Below, one piece after another: positions 37,043 to 46,794 of a DNA stretch of 64,000 nt (the first letter of the stretch is position 1; each line of letters opens with the position of its first letter). Made by a program: the position numbers and the translations under genes. The stretch is from Candidatus Poseidoniales archaeon (GTDB lineage Archaea > Thermoplasmatota > Poseidoniia > Poseidoniales > Poseidoniaceae): assembly GCA_003602645.1 (NCBI GenBank), contig QQSI01000040.1, forward strand, positions 4,152 through 68,151. Reading direction: 5' to 3'. The notes beneath the pieces are model-generated. The model was given only the letters and a program-made list of their open reading frames with translations, was not told the DNA's origin and ran no database searches.

Positions 37043-38089
37043 ATGCACCCCCTCGTCGAATGCGTACCTAATATTTCAGAAGGCAGAGATGCTGAGAAAA
37101 TCCAACGGATCGTGGCCGCCGCATCCACATTCGATGGGTGCTCAGTTTTGGGTGTCGAACCTGATGCTGATTACAACCGAACTGTAATCACAATCGCAGG
37201 GTCGCCTGAATCGGTTGCTTCGGCAGCCTTCGCCCTTGTTTCCATGGCCATTGCGGAAATTGATATGCGTTCCCATAGCGGAGAACACCCAAGGCTAGGT
37301 GCCGTCGATGTTTGTCCGTTTGTCCCACTGGCAGACACCACAATGGATCAATGTGCCGAACTTGCAAGATCGCTTGCCAAGCGGGTAGCGGAGGAATTGG
37401 ATGTTCCAACTTTCTTGTACGGTGCAGCGGCCACACATCCTGCAAAATCCCTCCTATCCTCGATTCGCAAAGGTGAATATGAGGGGCTGGAAAATCGCCT
37501 TACAAATGGAAACTCTCCGCATGATGAGCACACCAGATACCCAGATTTTGGTCCAAGAGATTGGTCCGAGGGTGTAGCGCGATCTGGGGGTTTGACGTTT
37601 GGGGCACGAGAAATTCTCGTAGCCTACAATGTTAATTTGAACGAGTCTGACGCGAAAGTAGCTCGTTTGGTTGGGTCATTAGTGCGATCATCCGGCCGTT
37701 TGGTCAAGAAAGACGATGGACGAAGAATGAGGATCCCTGGTTCGTTGCCGATGGTTCAAGGCATGGGTGTCCCTCTGGAATCCCACGGTATTAGTCAAGT
37801 TTCTATGAACCTCAGGGATGTCAATCAGTGCCCAATGCATGTGGCCTTTGAGGCTTGCAAATCAATCGCGATGGACCATGGCGTGGAGGTACCTGGAAGC
37901 GAGGTTGTTGGTCTAGTTCCACTTTCTGCAATTTTGACCGCAGGCCAATGGTATGCCAAGGATGGGGAAACCAATGAATCTGCACTGGTGGACGCGGCCA
38001 TTCGAGGTCTAGGATTGGACAATTTGAATGCGTTTGACCCGAAAGAACGGATTATTGAATATGCACTCAAGGAAGGTGAAATCGAGTGA
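37043..38089 (+). CDS. ftcD: Glutamate formimidoyltransferase (FTCD N-terminal-type domain)
   Basis: LVECVPNISEGRD is the formiminotransferase signature. It lies upstream of a separate cyclodeaminase gene. The ATG at 37043 is preferred over the TTG at 37013. Confidence 0.8.
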   Translation: MHPLVECVPNISEGRDAEKIQRIVAAASTFDGCSVLGVEPDADYNRTVITIAGSPESVASAAFALVSMAIAEIDMRSHSGEHPRLGAVDVCPFVPLADTTMDQCAELARSLAKRVAEELDVPTFLYGAAATHPAKSLLSSIRKGEYEGLENRLTNGNSPHDEHTRYPDFGPRDWSEGVARSGGLTFGAREILVAYNVNLNESDAKVARLVGSLVRSSGRLVKKDDGRRMRIPGSLPMVQGMGVPLESHGISQVSMNLRDVNQCPMHVAFEACKSIAMDHGVEVPGSEVVGLVPLSAILTAGQWYAKDGETNESALVDAAIRGLGLDNLNAFDPKERIIEYALKEGEIE

Positions 38090-38715
38090 ATTGGATGGAT
38101 CTCACTCTAGAAGAGTTCCAGAACCATCTGGCGTCAGACGATCCAACTCCGGGGGGTGGCACCGCAGCAGCAATTGCCTTGGGTCAAGCGGCAGCACTCA
38201 CCGAAATGGTTGCTGGCCTAACATTGGGTAGAGAAAAATGGCAATCTGGGTGGGTTGCTGCTGAAACTGCTCGTGCGGTAGCACGACGGGTCATGGTGCG
38301 TTCAGGTGAACTCGCCAAAGAAGACAGTCAGGCCTTCGACTCTGTGGTTGCCGGATTTAAAATGCCAAAATCAACGGAGGAAGAAAAGGATGCTCGTCGG
38401 CAATCCATTCGGCTTGCGACCTTGCATGCTGCCGAGGTACCATTAGCGACATCCCAGCATGGAATGGAATTGCTGAATGTCCTTTCAAGTTTAGCAACCC
38501 ATGGCAATGCAAATGCTGCTTCTGACGTAGGAGTGGCCTCCCTTCTTGCCAGTGCGGCAGTCAAGGGTGCACTTTTCAACGTGGACATCAATGTAGCAGC
38601 ACTTCCGGTTGATATGGCCCAGCATGTCATCGAACAGTGCGCTGGGATGCGTGAAGAATGCAGCAGAATCTCACGCCTCGTCATGCATGCGGTTCATGAG
38701 AGGATTAATTCTTGA
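38086..38715 (+). CDS. Formimidoyltetrahydrofolate cyclodeaminase (FTCD C-terminal-type domain)
   Basis: PTPGGGTAAAIALGQAAAL is the cyclodeaminase motif. Its start is coupled to the stop of the formimidoyltransferase gene. Confidence 0.75.
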   Translation: MNWMDLTLEEFQNHLASDDPTPGGGTAAAIALGQAAALTEMVAGLTLGREKWQSGWVAAETARAVARRVMVRSGELAKEDSQAFDSVVAGFKMPKSTEEEKDARRQSIRLATLHAAEVPLATSQHGMELLNVLSSLATHGNANAASDVGVASLLASAAVKGALFNVDINVAALPVDMAQHVIEQCAGMREECSRISRLVMHAVHERINS

Positions 38716-40992
38716 TCAACGGACTTGTGACCCTGTTGATATGTCGCCATCTATGGTGATGAGGCGAACGTTGTCCTCCCCATCATCTGCCGCCAACATC
38801 ATGCCTTCCGAAACAACACCGCGAAGTGGGCGTGGTTTTAGATTCGCAACAAAAACAATCGATTTCCCTTGCATTTCTTCTGAGGAATAATATGCTTTGA
38901 GTCCAGCGCAAATGGTCCTACCACTCTCTGTACCATCATCAATAGACACAACATACAGCCGATCGGCGTTTGGATGGTCCTCAACCTTGGTAATTTTACC
39001 TACTCTAAGATCGACTTCCATGAATGTTTCAAAATTCAAATAGGTTATTCCTTCTGGTGCTTCTGGCATATTTTGTTCCTCCTTGGTCTTGCTTTTTGCT
39101 TTCTTCCCACCTTTGATGGCGAGTGTGGCGGGTGTTGAGGATGTGTCTTTTTCCACTAAAGCCTGTTCGGATTCGAGAATTTCATCGAGGTCCAATCGCT
39201 TGAACAAAGGAACCGCTTCATTTGAGTTCCAAGTCATCGGAGCGTCCCAATCTAGAGCTTCACTCCAATCAGCCTCGGAAACTTCTCCGCTTTGTCCGAG
39301 AGCTTCCCAAAGGCGTTGGGCGCTAAAGGGCATGAATGGCTGTGTTGTGATGGCTAGGTAGCGAGCAATACGCCAACCAAACGCGAGGTCTGACAATGAG
39401 CGTGATCGATTTTCAGAAGGAGTATCATCCTTGAGGAACTTCCATGGCGTTGCTGCCTGAAGCATTTGGTTTCCATATTGAGCTGCATTCATGACAAAAC
39501 GAAGTGCCTCTTTGTAACGGTGTTTTTCCAGTGAGGCTGTAATGGAGGCGTGTAAACTTTCCAACTTCTCTTGGTGAGGTCTTGTGTAATCCACATTCTC
39601 ACATGGTGCGAGCGGGCCGTTCTTGCTGGTCGGCAATCGATGACCGAGGGTAAGGACGCGATGGACAAAATTACCGTAGGCTGCTATCAATTCGCTGTTA
39701 ATTTTTTCAACAAAATCAGGCCAGTTGAAATCCGTATCGTGGTTTTCAGGCATGTTGATGCTGAGGTAGTACCTCAGGGTATCAGGGTCGAAGCGTTCTA
39801 AAAATGATGGTAACCACACAGCATGTTTCCGTGATTTGGAAAATTGCCCTCCTGCTAACATGAGGTATTCCATTGCAGGGACGTTCGTTTCTAAAGCCAT
39901 TTCACCCGGTCCAGGCAATTCGATTGGATCGTCAATGGTTAATCCCTTACTGGCTTGATTGAGACCTAAAATTAGGGCTGGCCAAATGACTGTATGAAAC
40001 GGTATGTTGTCCTTACCGAGGAAATACAAATGACGTGGCTTCGTTCCATCTTCTGCTACCTGCCACCATTGCTTCCATGCATCTTTACCATCAGGGTGAG
40101 AGGCACCAGCCGCCACCGTTTCTGCCCAAATCCGAGCGCAGGTGGAATACCCTTGCACAGCTTCAAACCAAACATAGACGCATTTTCCATCCCATTGTTT
40201 CTCATCGAGTGGAAGAGGTATGCCCCAAGAGAGATCTCGTGTCACAGCCCTCGGCCTTAGACCCATATCCAGCCATTGTTTTGTCATGGCCTTGACGTTG
40301 GATTTCCATACTTTTTGTTGTTCGCTCGCATGATGTTCGAGAGCCGTTTGAAAGGCATCCAAACGGTAGAAAAGATGTTCTGTATCGCGAACCTCAATTT
40401 TTGCTTCAGGGTTCATTTTCGATATTGGTTGTAGCAATTCCTCTGCCTCATACGTCGCCCCGCAAGCATCACATTGGTCGCCACGGGCACCATCTGAACC
40501 ACAAGAGGGGCAAACCCCCTCAACATATCGGTCTGGAAGGAAGCGCCCACTCCCGTCCGCGTTCGTTTCATAATATTGCTTCATTGTCTTCTGTTCAAAG
40601 AAACCTGCTTCAAGCAAGGATGTGAAATTATCTTGCACCATAGTTTTGTGACGCTCATCGGTTGTCCGATTAAACAAGGAACCCCCGTATTCGACACCCC
40701 GTGGATCAATTCGTGGCTCCCATGAGCATCCCAAGTCAAGCAATGCTTGGGTGTTCAGTGCGTGATATTGATCCACAATATCTTGGGGTGAAACACCATT
40801 CTGCTCAGCTGAGACCGTGATCGGTGTGCCGTGTTCATCAGAGCCAGAAACCATGAGGACTCTATTGCCTCGGGCGCGTTCAAATCGGGCTTGTATATCG
40901 GGAGGGAGGTAGCACCCTGCAACATGGCCGAGATGGAGGGGGCCGTTAGCGTATGGCCAAGCGACACAAATCAACACATAGTCGTCGGTCAT
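38716..40992 (-). CDS. metG: Methionyl-tRNA synthetase with a C-terminal EMAP/tRNA-binding domain
   Basis: HLGHVAGCYL is the HIGH motif. Zinc knuckles (CPSCG...CDACG) and KMSKS-like FSKSRKH are present. A C-terminal OB-fold segment (KVEDHPNADRLYVVSIDDG) follows. Confidence 0.9.
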   Translation of the reverse strand: MTDDYVLICVAWPYANGPLHLGHVAGCYLPPDIQARFERARGNRVLMVSGSDEHGTPITVSAEQNGVSPQDIVDQYHALNTQALLDLGCSWEPRIDPRGVEYGGSLFNRTTDERHKTMVQDNFTSLLEAGFFEQKTMKQYYETNADGSGRFLPDRYVEGVCPSCGSDGARGDQCDACGATYEAEELLQPISKMNPEAKIEVRDTEHLFYRLDAFQTALEHHASEQQKVWKSNVKAMTKQWLDMGLRPRAVTRDLSWGIPLPLDEKQWDGKCVYVWFEAVQGYSTCARIWAETVAAGASHPDGKDAWKQWWQVAEDGTKPRHLYFLGKDNIPFHTVIWPALILGLNQASKGLTIDDPIELPGPGEMALETNVPAMEYLMLAGGQFSKSRKHAVWLPSFLERFDPDTLRYYLSINMPENHDTDFNWPDFVEKINSELIAAYGNFVHRVLTLGHRLPTSKNGPLAPCENVDYTRPHQEKLESLHASITASLEKHRYKEALRFVMNAAQYGNQMLQAATPWKFLKDDTPSENRSRSLSDLAFGWRIARYLAITTQPFMPFSAQRLWEALGQSGEVSEADWSEALDWDAPMTWNSNEAVPLFKRLDLDEILESEQALVEKDTSSTPATLAIKGGKKAKSKTKEEQNMPEAPEGITYLNFETFMEVDLRVGKITKVEDHPNADRLYVVSIDDGTESGRTICAGLKAYYSSEEMQGKSIVFVANLKPRPLRGVVSEGMMLAADDGEDNVRLITIDGDISTGSQVR

Positions 40993-41176
40993 ACTGCTTG
41001 TACGGGCGTAGGACTACGACTTAAACTCATCATTCGCACGATATCCAAAAATGACCGATGGGCATACTGAGGCTATCGCCGACCGCATTTTTCATGTTCC
41101 AACCTAGCGTCATTTTGAAGAACCCACCGGTCTTGGATGAGTTTACACCCGAAAGGTCAGGGGCTCTCGAAAATCC

Positions 41177-42265
41177 ATGGATTACTCAGCAATGGCAGCG
41201 GTCGTAAACGCATCTAACAGCACTGGTGATGGGGATATCACCCTCCTTCTCTTCTATGTTTCACTCGCCTTGGGCGTGTCATTTCTCTGTTCAATATTGG
41301 AAGCTGTTGTTCTATCGATCCCACACACCCAAATTGCGATGTGGGAAAAGGATGGACGCTCGGAGGGCTCTGTTTGGTCATCTCTAAAATCGGATGATGC
41401 CGTTAAACCACTCACAGCAATTCTCACCCTCAACACCATCGCCCACACGATGGGTGCTGCAGGTGTTGGTTCTGAAGTTGCCAAAATTTGGGGCAGTGAA
41501 GTCCTCACCGGCGCCTCAATCGTTCTCACATTACTCGTTTTGTTCCTCTCAGAAATCATACCCAAGACTTTGGGGACTGCCTATTGGAGGCAACTTGCAC
41601 GGCCAACGGGTTGGATTTTGAAGAACCTCACATTCCTACTCAGTTTCCTTATCGTTCCGATTCAAATGCTCAAATCAGTATTGCCAAAGGGCGATTACAC
41701 TCTTGTCACACGTGACGATGTAGCTGCACTTGCGGACTTAGGAGAAGAAGAGGGCATCATTGAGAAAGATGAAGAAACCGTCATTCATAATTTATTGAAA
41801 TTGCGAGAAATGCATGTGGGAGAAATTATGACACCGCGTGTGGTTATGACCGCGTTTGAAACAACCCAGACCATCAAATCTGTTCTCGATGAACATAAAA
41901 TCATTCGAGTCTCAAGAATCCCTGTCTTTGATGAAACCGTCGATGATATTTCGGGAATTGTGATCCGTTCTGAGTTGCTCATGGCAGCAAGCCGGGATGA
42001 GTGGGATGTCACGATGGCTGATCTACGAAAAGATGTGATGTTCCTTGATGCCAAATCCTCTGTCGATCATGCATTAGAGATGTTTTTGTCCCAGCGACAA
42101 CAATTCGCAGTTGTTCGCGATGAATTTGGCGGCACAGCGGGTCTTGTCACCATGGAAGACGTTTTAGAAACTCTGTTGGGTGAAGAGATTGTTGATGAAT
42201 TGGATGAAGTCGACGACATGCGCGAACTAGCTCGTGTACAAGCAGATTCACAAGAGCAAGAATGA
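41177..42265 (+). CDS. CNNM/CorC-type transporter (DUF21 transmembrane domain plus CBS pair)
   Basis: Four TM helices form the DUF21 region. A CBS pair follows (IMTPRVVMTAFE..., AVVRDEFGGTAGLVTMEDVLETLLGEEI). Confidence 0.8.
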   Translation: MDYSAMAAVVNASNSTGDGDITLLLFYVSLALGVSFLCSILEAVVLSIPHTQIAMWEKDGRSEGSVWSSLKSDDAVKPLTAILTLNTIAHTMGAAGVGSEVAKIWGSEVLTGASIVLTLLVLFLSEIIPKTLGTAYWRQLARPTGWILKNLTFLLSFLIVPIQMLKSVLPKGDYTLVTRDDVAALADLGEEEGIIEKDEETVIHNLLKLREMHVGEIMTPRVVMTAFETTQTIKSVLDEHKIIRVSRIPVFDETVDDISGIVIRSELLMAASRDEWDVTMADLRKDVMFLDAKSSVDHALEMFLSQRQQFAVVRDEFGGTAGLVTMEDVLETLLGEEIVDELDEVDDMRELARVQADSQEQE

Positions 42266-43249
42266 TTACACCGTCTTGCTCAACCATTCCTCAATCAGTT
42301 GATTCCTCTCTGGATGTATTTTTGCACCTGTATGAGTGAGCCCCTTTAACCGATGCGCGGTGAGTAAGTCTGATTCTCCCCGCTGTTTGTAAGTCAAAAC
42401 CAAGCGGTTGAAATGCTCCATGCCAAGGCGTTGATCTGGATCTGCTTGAATGCAAAGAACTGGAATTGACGGTCCACCCCACAGGGGCAGATCAAATTCA
42501 TCCATAGACCGGAACTCGGACCTTGGCGTAATTGAGGCATTAAACCGTTGAATAAGCCGTCGTTGATACGGGTATTTCAAGAGAGAAGGGATGCGTAAAC
42601 GAATGGAAATCTCCTCTAAAATAGGGCTGTACATCGTCATTGGGGATTCTAAAATGAGAGCGGTAAAAGGCTGGGAGCCAATGCGTAATCCAGGTTGGTT
42701 GAGCAGTCTTAAGCCGATGAAACCGCCCATACTGTGGCCATAGTACATTGAATATTGAATCATATCATGTCGGGCAAGTTGCTCGATGTTTCGGCAAACA
42801 TGCTCGACGGCCTGCATGGATTTGTATGCGGACCATACGGGGTGGGTATCCGATGAACCGTGGCTTGGTAATTCAATCATAAGAACGTGCCAACCACGAT
42901 TCGCAAACCATATTCCACGATCGCTCACAGATGCTGATGAAGCCCTCCATCCATGGACCAAAACGAGCAAAGGTGCAGGTGTTTCCTTCCAATGTGAGAT
43001 TGTATGGACCATTCGAGACTCAAATGTAAATCCGTTTTGTTGCCACCCGTCTGCCACGAATGACGGTTTTGCGCGTCCCGGTGTCAAGAAACTAAGCGAA
43101 ACAAATGAATCAATCACTGCATTGTAAGCAAAAAATATCCCCAAAGGAATGAGAATTGGGTAAGGGGCATTGTAAAAAAAACCTGTAAACCCTGTAGAGA
43201 TCAACAGAAGAAACCATATCAATGGCTTCGCTATTAGAAGGGGTGCCAT
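42266..43249 (-). CDS. Alpha/beta-hydrolase fold protein with an N-terminal membrane anchor
   Basis: The N-terminus carries TM segments. The nucleophile elbow is YGHSMGG, and LVHGW precedes it. The ATG is at 43249. Confidence 0.65.
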   Translation of the reverse strand: MAPLLIAKPLIWFLLLISTGFTGFFYNAPYPILIPLGIFFAYNAVIDSFVSLSFLTPGRAKPSFVADGWQQNGFTFESRMVHTISHWKETPAPLLVLVHGWRASSASVSDRGIWFANRGWHVLMIELPSHGSSDTHPVWSAYKSMQAVEHVCRNIEQLARHDMIQYSMYYGHSMGGFIGLRLLNQPGLRIGSQPFTALILESPMTMYSPILEEISIRLRIPSLLKYPYQRRLIQRFNASITPRSEFRSMDEFDLPLWGGPSIPVLCIQADPDQRLGMEHFNRLVLTYKQRGESDLLTAHRLKGLTHTGAKIHPERNQLIEEWLSKTV

Positions 43250-43269
43250 ATGAATCAATGTTCAAAAGG

Positions 43270-44175
43270 TCACTGAGGTGAGGCTTCTTTGGAAGCCTCC
43301 TCTTTCTTATCGTCTTTCCCTGTGGTGGTTTCTTTGGTGGCATCCTTAGGTGAATCCTCTTGTGCGAGGGCTGCTTCCTTCTTTTCAGCACGCCTCTTAG
43401 CAGCTTTTTCTTGGCGCTTTTGGAAGGAGTCACCGAAGTTTGCCATGCTTTCAAGCCGTAGGGCGATGCCAGAGAGTTCCTCATCCTCTGCACGGACATA
43501 TTTGACAAGGTAGGCGCCAAACAACATGTCGTAGAGGCCTTGATTTTGGTCGCTGTTTTTCTTGAATCTGCCATCAATAATGCGGATTGAGAACAAGATG
43601 ATACCCAGGACAAGCAATCCGATGGCAACTGGGTTGGCTTTACCTGCCGTGTCGAAGAGGTTACCCATGTTGATAATGACCAATGATAATCCTACAAGCG
43701 CCATCAGTCCTACCGAATTGACAAGGAATCCATGCAATGGGTTAGGTTTGGCATCTGCTGATGTGATGTAGCGCGTTCTTGACATGAAATTTCCAAGTGT
43801 TCGACCGGTCATAATCGGGATAACAAATACATTTGTGATGATCATCAGGAGTGCTCCAATAGCGGGTATGGTAGGGGTCGAGCCCATGACTGAGAGGAAA
43901 ATGGCTCCAAAGAGGACACCGAAATTCCAGATGAAATTCATCAACCAGGCTAAAAATCTAGAGTTTTGTGTGGCAATTTCATACCCTTCAGGGAGTCCAG
44001 CAGTGCTTAATTTGGGTTTCTTAACACGTGGTGCACGAGGGGTTTTTTCAGCCTTTGCGGCCTTGACAGGTTTTGCGACAGCAGTGGCTTTTTTGGGTAT
44101 AGCTTTGGCCACTGCCTTTTTGGGCGCTTCCTTTGTTTCACTGCCTGCTGTGTTTGCCTTGTCTAGTAGTCCCAT
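43270..44175 (-). CDS. RDD-family membrane protein with Lys/Ala/Pro-rich N- and C-terminal tails
   Basis: The RDD-like core carries conserved Arg and Asp positions (ATQNSRFLAWLMN, GRTLGNFMSRTRYI, GLYDMLFGAYLV). A histone-H1-like N-terminal tail (KEAPKKAVAKAIPKKATAVAKPVKAAKAEK) and a basic C-terminal tail flank it. The start lies 5-8 nt from the stop of the upstream gene. Confidence 0.6.
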   Translation of the reverse strand: MGLLDKANTAGSETKEAPKKAVAKAIPKKATAVAKPVKAAKAEKTPRAPRVKKPKLSTAGLPEGYEIATQNSRFLAWLMNFIWNFGVLFGAIFLSVMGSTPTIPAIGALLMIITNVFVIPIMTGRTLGNFMSRTRYITSADAKPNPLHGFLVNSVGLMALVGLSLVIINMGNLFDTAGKANPVAIGLLVLGIILFSIRIIDGRFKKNSDQNQGLYDMLFGAYLVKYVRAEDEELSGIALRLESMANFGDSFQKRQEKAAKRRAEKKEAALAQEDSPKDATKETTTGKDDKKEEASKEASPQ

Positions 44176-44180
44176 TGTGG

Positions 44181-45173
44181 TCACTCACCCTTGTACTGTG
44201 CGCCAATTGCGCTGTAAATTTGGAAGTTCTCAGAAGCAACAAAGGCATCGATGTCGGCTTCGGCCATGTTGCCAAGTTGGCCGTCAACGATGGTAAAGAA
44301 GGCCGTCCTCATTTCGTCACTGGAGTTTTGAGGATCACTTCCGACGGCTTCGTAGATTGCAAAATCTTCACTGCCCACGAACGTGGTGACGACCTCTTCC
44401 GGCAAATTTGATCCAAGGAGATCATCCACGATTGCGACAAAAGTGACAAACATGTCATCAGTTTGCTCTGTTTCGTTGGATATTGGTTGTGCAGTGGTCA
44501 CGTCAGCGGTGTCCCCAGCAATCATGGCTTGAAGTGATTTACGTTCGGCCATTAATGATTCCAAAACTGGACGAAGTTCTGCAAGAACTTGAGCGTCCCC
44601 GGCAACCTTTGCTGCTTGATATTCAGGTTTCAATGAACGCAATTCATCTTCAATCATGGTTAACTGACTTTGGAGTTCATTTTCAGCAGTCTCTGATTCA
44701 AGGAGTTCGACGACTGGAGCATCTCGAACCTCTGATATTTTCCCTTCATGTTCTTGCTTGCGTAAAACGATGATGTCCCTGTCGAGTGCATGACCAAATC
44801 GGTCGGCATATCGGTCCAATAGTGAACCAGCGTCCGCAGAGGAAATTCGATCAATGTGCCCATAAATTTGTGGGAGTGGTTTATCCGATCGCTTGGCCCA
44901 CAGGTCGCCATATTTGTCAGACACTGGAGTTTTAGGTGTTGCAGCGAGACTGTCATTGTTCCAAACTGAAGCCTCTGCAGGCACTGGAAGGGGTGCGTCT
45001 GGAAGCGGAAGGCTTGGTTCAGCAGCCGGTGCGGGTGGCAATGGAAGGGGGGGGTTGTCCGGAGAGGCGCCTGGCGGTGCTGGCAGAGGTGGCATACCGG
45101 GCAATGGCGGCAATGGTAGACCTGGTGTTGGTGCGGCTGGAGCCTTGTTTTTCTTGCCTTTCCTCAGACCCAT
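44181..45173 (-). CDS. Protein with a polyproline N-terminus, central coiled coil and C-terminal tandem repeats; unknown function
   Basis: The N-terminus is PAAPTPGLPLPPLPGMPPLPAPPGASPDNPPLPLPPAPAAEPSLPLPDAPLPVP. The central region (ELQSQLTMIEDELRSLKPEYQAAKVAG...) is helical with a heptad-like pattern. A duplicated C-terminal module is present: EEVVTTFVGSEDFAIYEAVG and ADIDAFVASENFQIYSAIG. The ATG is at 45173. Confidence 0.5.
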   Translation of the reverse strand: MGLRKGKKNKAPAAPTPGLPLPPLPGMPPLPAPPGASPDNPPLPLPPAPAAEPSLPLPDAPLPVPAEASVWNNDSLAATPKTPVSDKYGDLWAKRSDKPLPQIYGHIDRISSADAGSLLDRYADRFGHALDRDIIVLRKQEHEGKISEVRDAPVVELLESETAENELQSQLTMIEDELRSLKPEYQAAKVAGDAQVLAELRPVLESLMAERKSLQAMIAGDTADVTTAQPISNETEQTDDMFVTFVAIVDDLLGSNLPEEVVTTFVGSEDFAIYEAVGSDPQNSSDEMRTAFFTIVDGQLGNMAEADIDAFVASENFQIYSAIGAQYKGE

Positions 45174-45269
45174 GTGGTTCACCCCTAAACCTGTGGATGG
45201 TAGCGCGGTCTTGAACCTTACCTCAAGAAGTGGTGACGAAAAGCGTAGTTGTCAAACGAATTATTTTCG

Positions 45270-46472
45270 CTATGCGATGACTTTTGCCCAGCCTTTTAAC
45301 ACCAAAAATGTGGCGCCAGCTTCGTGAATTTCAAATTGGTCCCCAGCGGCTTTGGCATACATTGTATCGCCAAATTGTGCGATTGAATCATCCACCGTCA
45401 TTTCCACTGTTAGCTTGTCTTGAGTACTGAGTGCAAGTGCCTCGTGTAGAGGGGAATAAGGGTTTGAACCATCAGGATCCAACCTTGACAGTGGGAATTC
45501 ACACACCTTCATGCCCGACTTGCCATGAAGGGATGTAGGCCATCGAATTTGGCGTCGAACGTCGATGGTAACAACTTCATCTGTTTCTCCTGCAGAACCT
45601 AAGACCACAGAAGTATCGGTTTTAAGCAAATCGAGAAAGAGGGCTTGATGTTTGTCGAGGACTCCAAAATTTCCATCCCTCAGACGAGAAGCACGGTCAG
45701 GATGATTGACAATAGATGCGAGCTGCTCGATGGATGTAGGGCCCTTTGTTGATTTTCGACCTTCGCGTTGAGATTGTGACTTTAACCCTTCATGAAGTGT
45801 TTTTATCACCTTTTTATGGCCCTCTTCTTTTTCTGCAATGCCTTGCAGTTTTTCGATCATGCCACCCATTCCGTCGCGGATCCTGCGCGTCCACCCCTCG
45901 CTTGAAAGATCATGATATCGAGCAAGTCCTCCTTTGACATCAACACCTTCACCTCTGATGTAAGACACCATTTCTCTACGAGCTTCAGAATCGAGGTGAA
46001 AGAGGGATGGGTCCCGATAGTGCAGGTGGAACCCTCTGTGACCAGAAAAGGTTACTTGCAAATATTTTTCTTGAAATCCAAATTCTGGTTCGAGAAAATC
46101 ATTCCATAACGACCATGCTTGTTCGTGGATCACCTCAAGCATACCCGGGAAATCCTTGTCGGTCACCCCTGGCAAGTGATCTCCATCTAAGTCGAAAATT
46201 AAGTCTGCGCCCAACCAATTTTTATCGGCCATTTTCATTTCAAATGGTCGCTCCCAATATGCGGTCGAATAGAAACAGGAATGCATGGCTCGGTCTGTCA
46301 AGAATTGACGAACACCTTGCATATCACTGAATCCCTTGTGGCGAATTGGAGGGGCTCCCCCGAATGGAATGAACATCCATTCCCTGGTTTTCAAGCGAGG
46401 AGGCGTCCAAAATTCTGAGCTCCGATAATACGCACCAAAACGATGTGCGAACCTTGCCCAACCAGTTGCCAA
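45270..46472 (-). CDS. priS: DNA primase small (catalytic) subunit PriS
   Basis: The catalytic DxD is in ADLIFDLDGDH. GHRGFHLHY and an N-terminal FYRR-like region are present. The start is non-ATG (TTG) in the given ORF, and the true start is uncertain. Confidence 0.8.
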   Translation of the reverse strand: MATGWARFAHRFGAYYRSSEFWTPPRLKTREWMFIPFGGAPPIRHKGFSDMQGVRQFLTDRAMHSCFYSTAYWERPFEMKMADKNWLGADLIFDLDGDHLPGVTDKDFPGMLEVIHEQAWSLWNDFLEPEFGFQEKYLQVTFSGHRGFHLHYRDPSLFHLDSEARREMVSYIRGEGVDVKGGLARYHDLSSEGWTRRIRDGMGGMIEKLQGIAEKEEGHKKVIKTLHEGLKSQSQREGRKSTKGPTSIEQLASIVNHPDRASRLRDGNFGVLDKHQALFLDLLKTDTSVVLGSAGETDEVVTIDVRRQIRWPTSLHGKSGMKVCEFPLSRLDPDGSNPYSPLHEALALSTQDKLTVEMTVDDSIAQFGDTMYAKAAGDQFEIHEAGATFLVLKGWAKVIA

Positions 46473-46525
46473 TAAAGTCCCTCCAGTTCCCTGAAAGGAC
46501 GAAGGTTCTTGAACACTGAGGGCGG

Positions 46526-46735
46526 TTATTCGTTGGTCATCCAGAAGCGTTCTTCTGCTTCACCGACCGCGGTCGCGGTGTCAGCACCGGTTGTTTCGAC
46601 GTAGTGCTCCCAACACATGTAGAACTTACCAACGGCCATAGCGTTGCCAAAAGTGAGGCGAATGCCGCAGGACTCGCAACGAGGGCCAATTTCACCGTTT
46701 GGTGCTTGGGCGAGAGTGATGTGTTCGTGTGGCAT
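46526..46735 (-). CDS. Hypothetical small Cys/His-containing protein
   Basis: A 69-aa ORF from the ATG at 46735: MPHEHITLAQAPNGEIGPRCESCGIRL...MCWEHY, with possible metal ligands C, C, C and H. The function is unknown. Confidence 0.3.
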   Translation of the reverse strand: MPHEHITLAQAPNGEIGPRCESCGIRLTFGNAMAVGKFYMCWEHYVETTGADTATAVGEAEERFWMTNE

Positions 46736-46794
46736 TGCTGTCCCCTTGTTATGGCTGTGGGCGCTCAAGTCTTTGAACTTGAGCCTTGTTGGGA

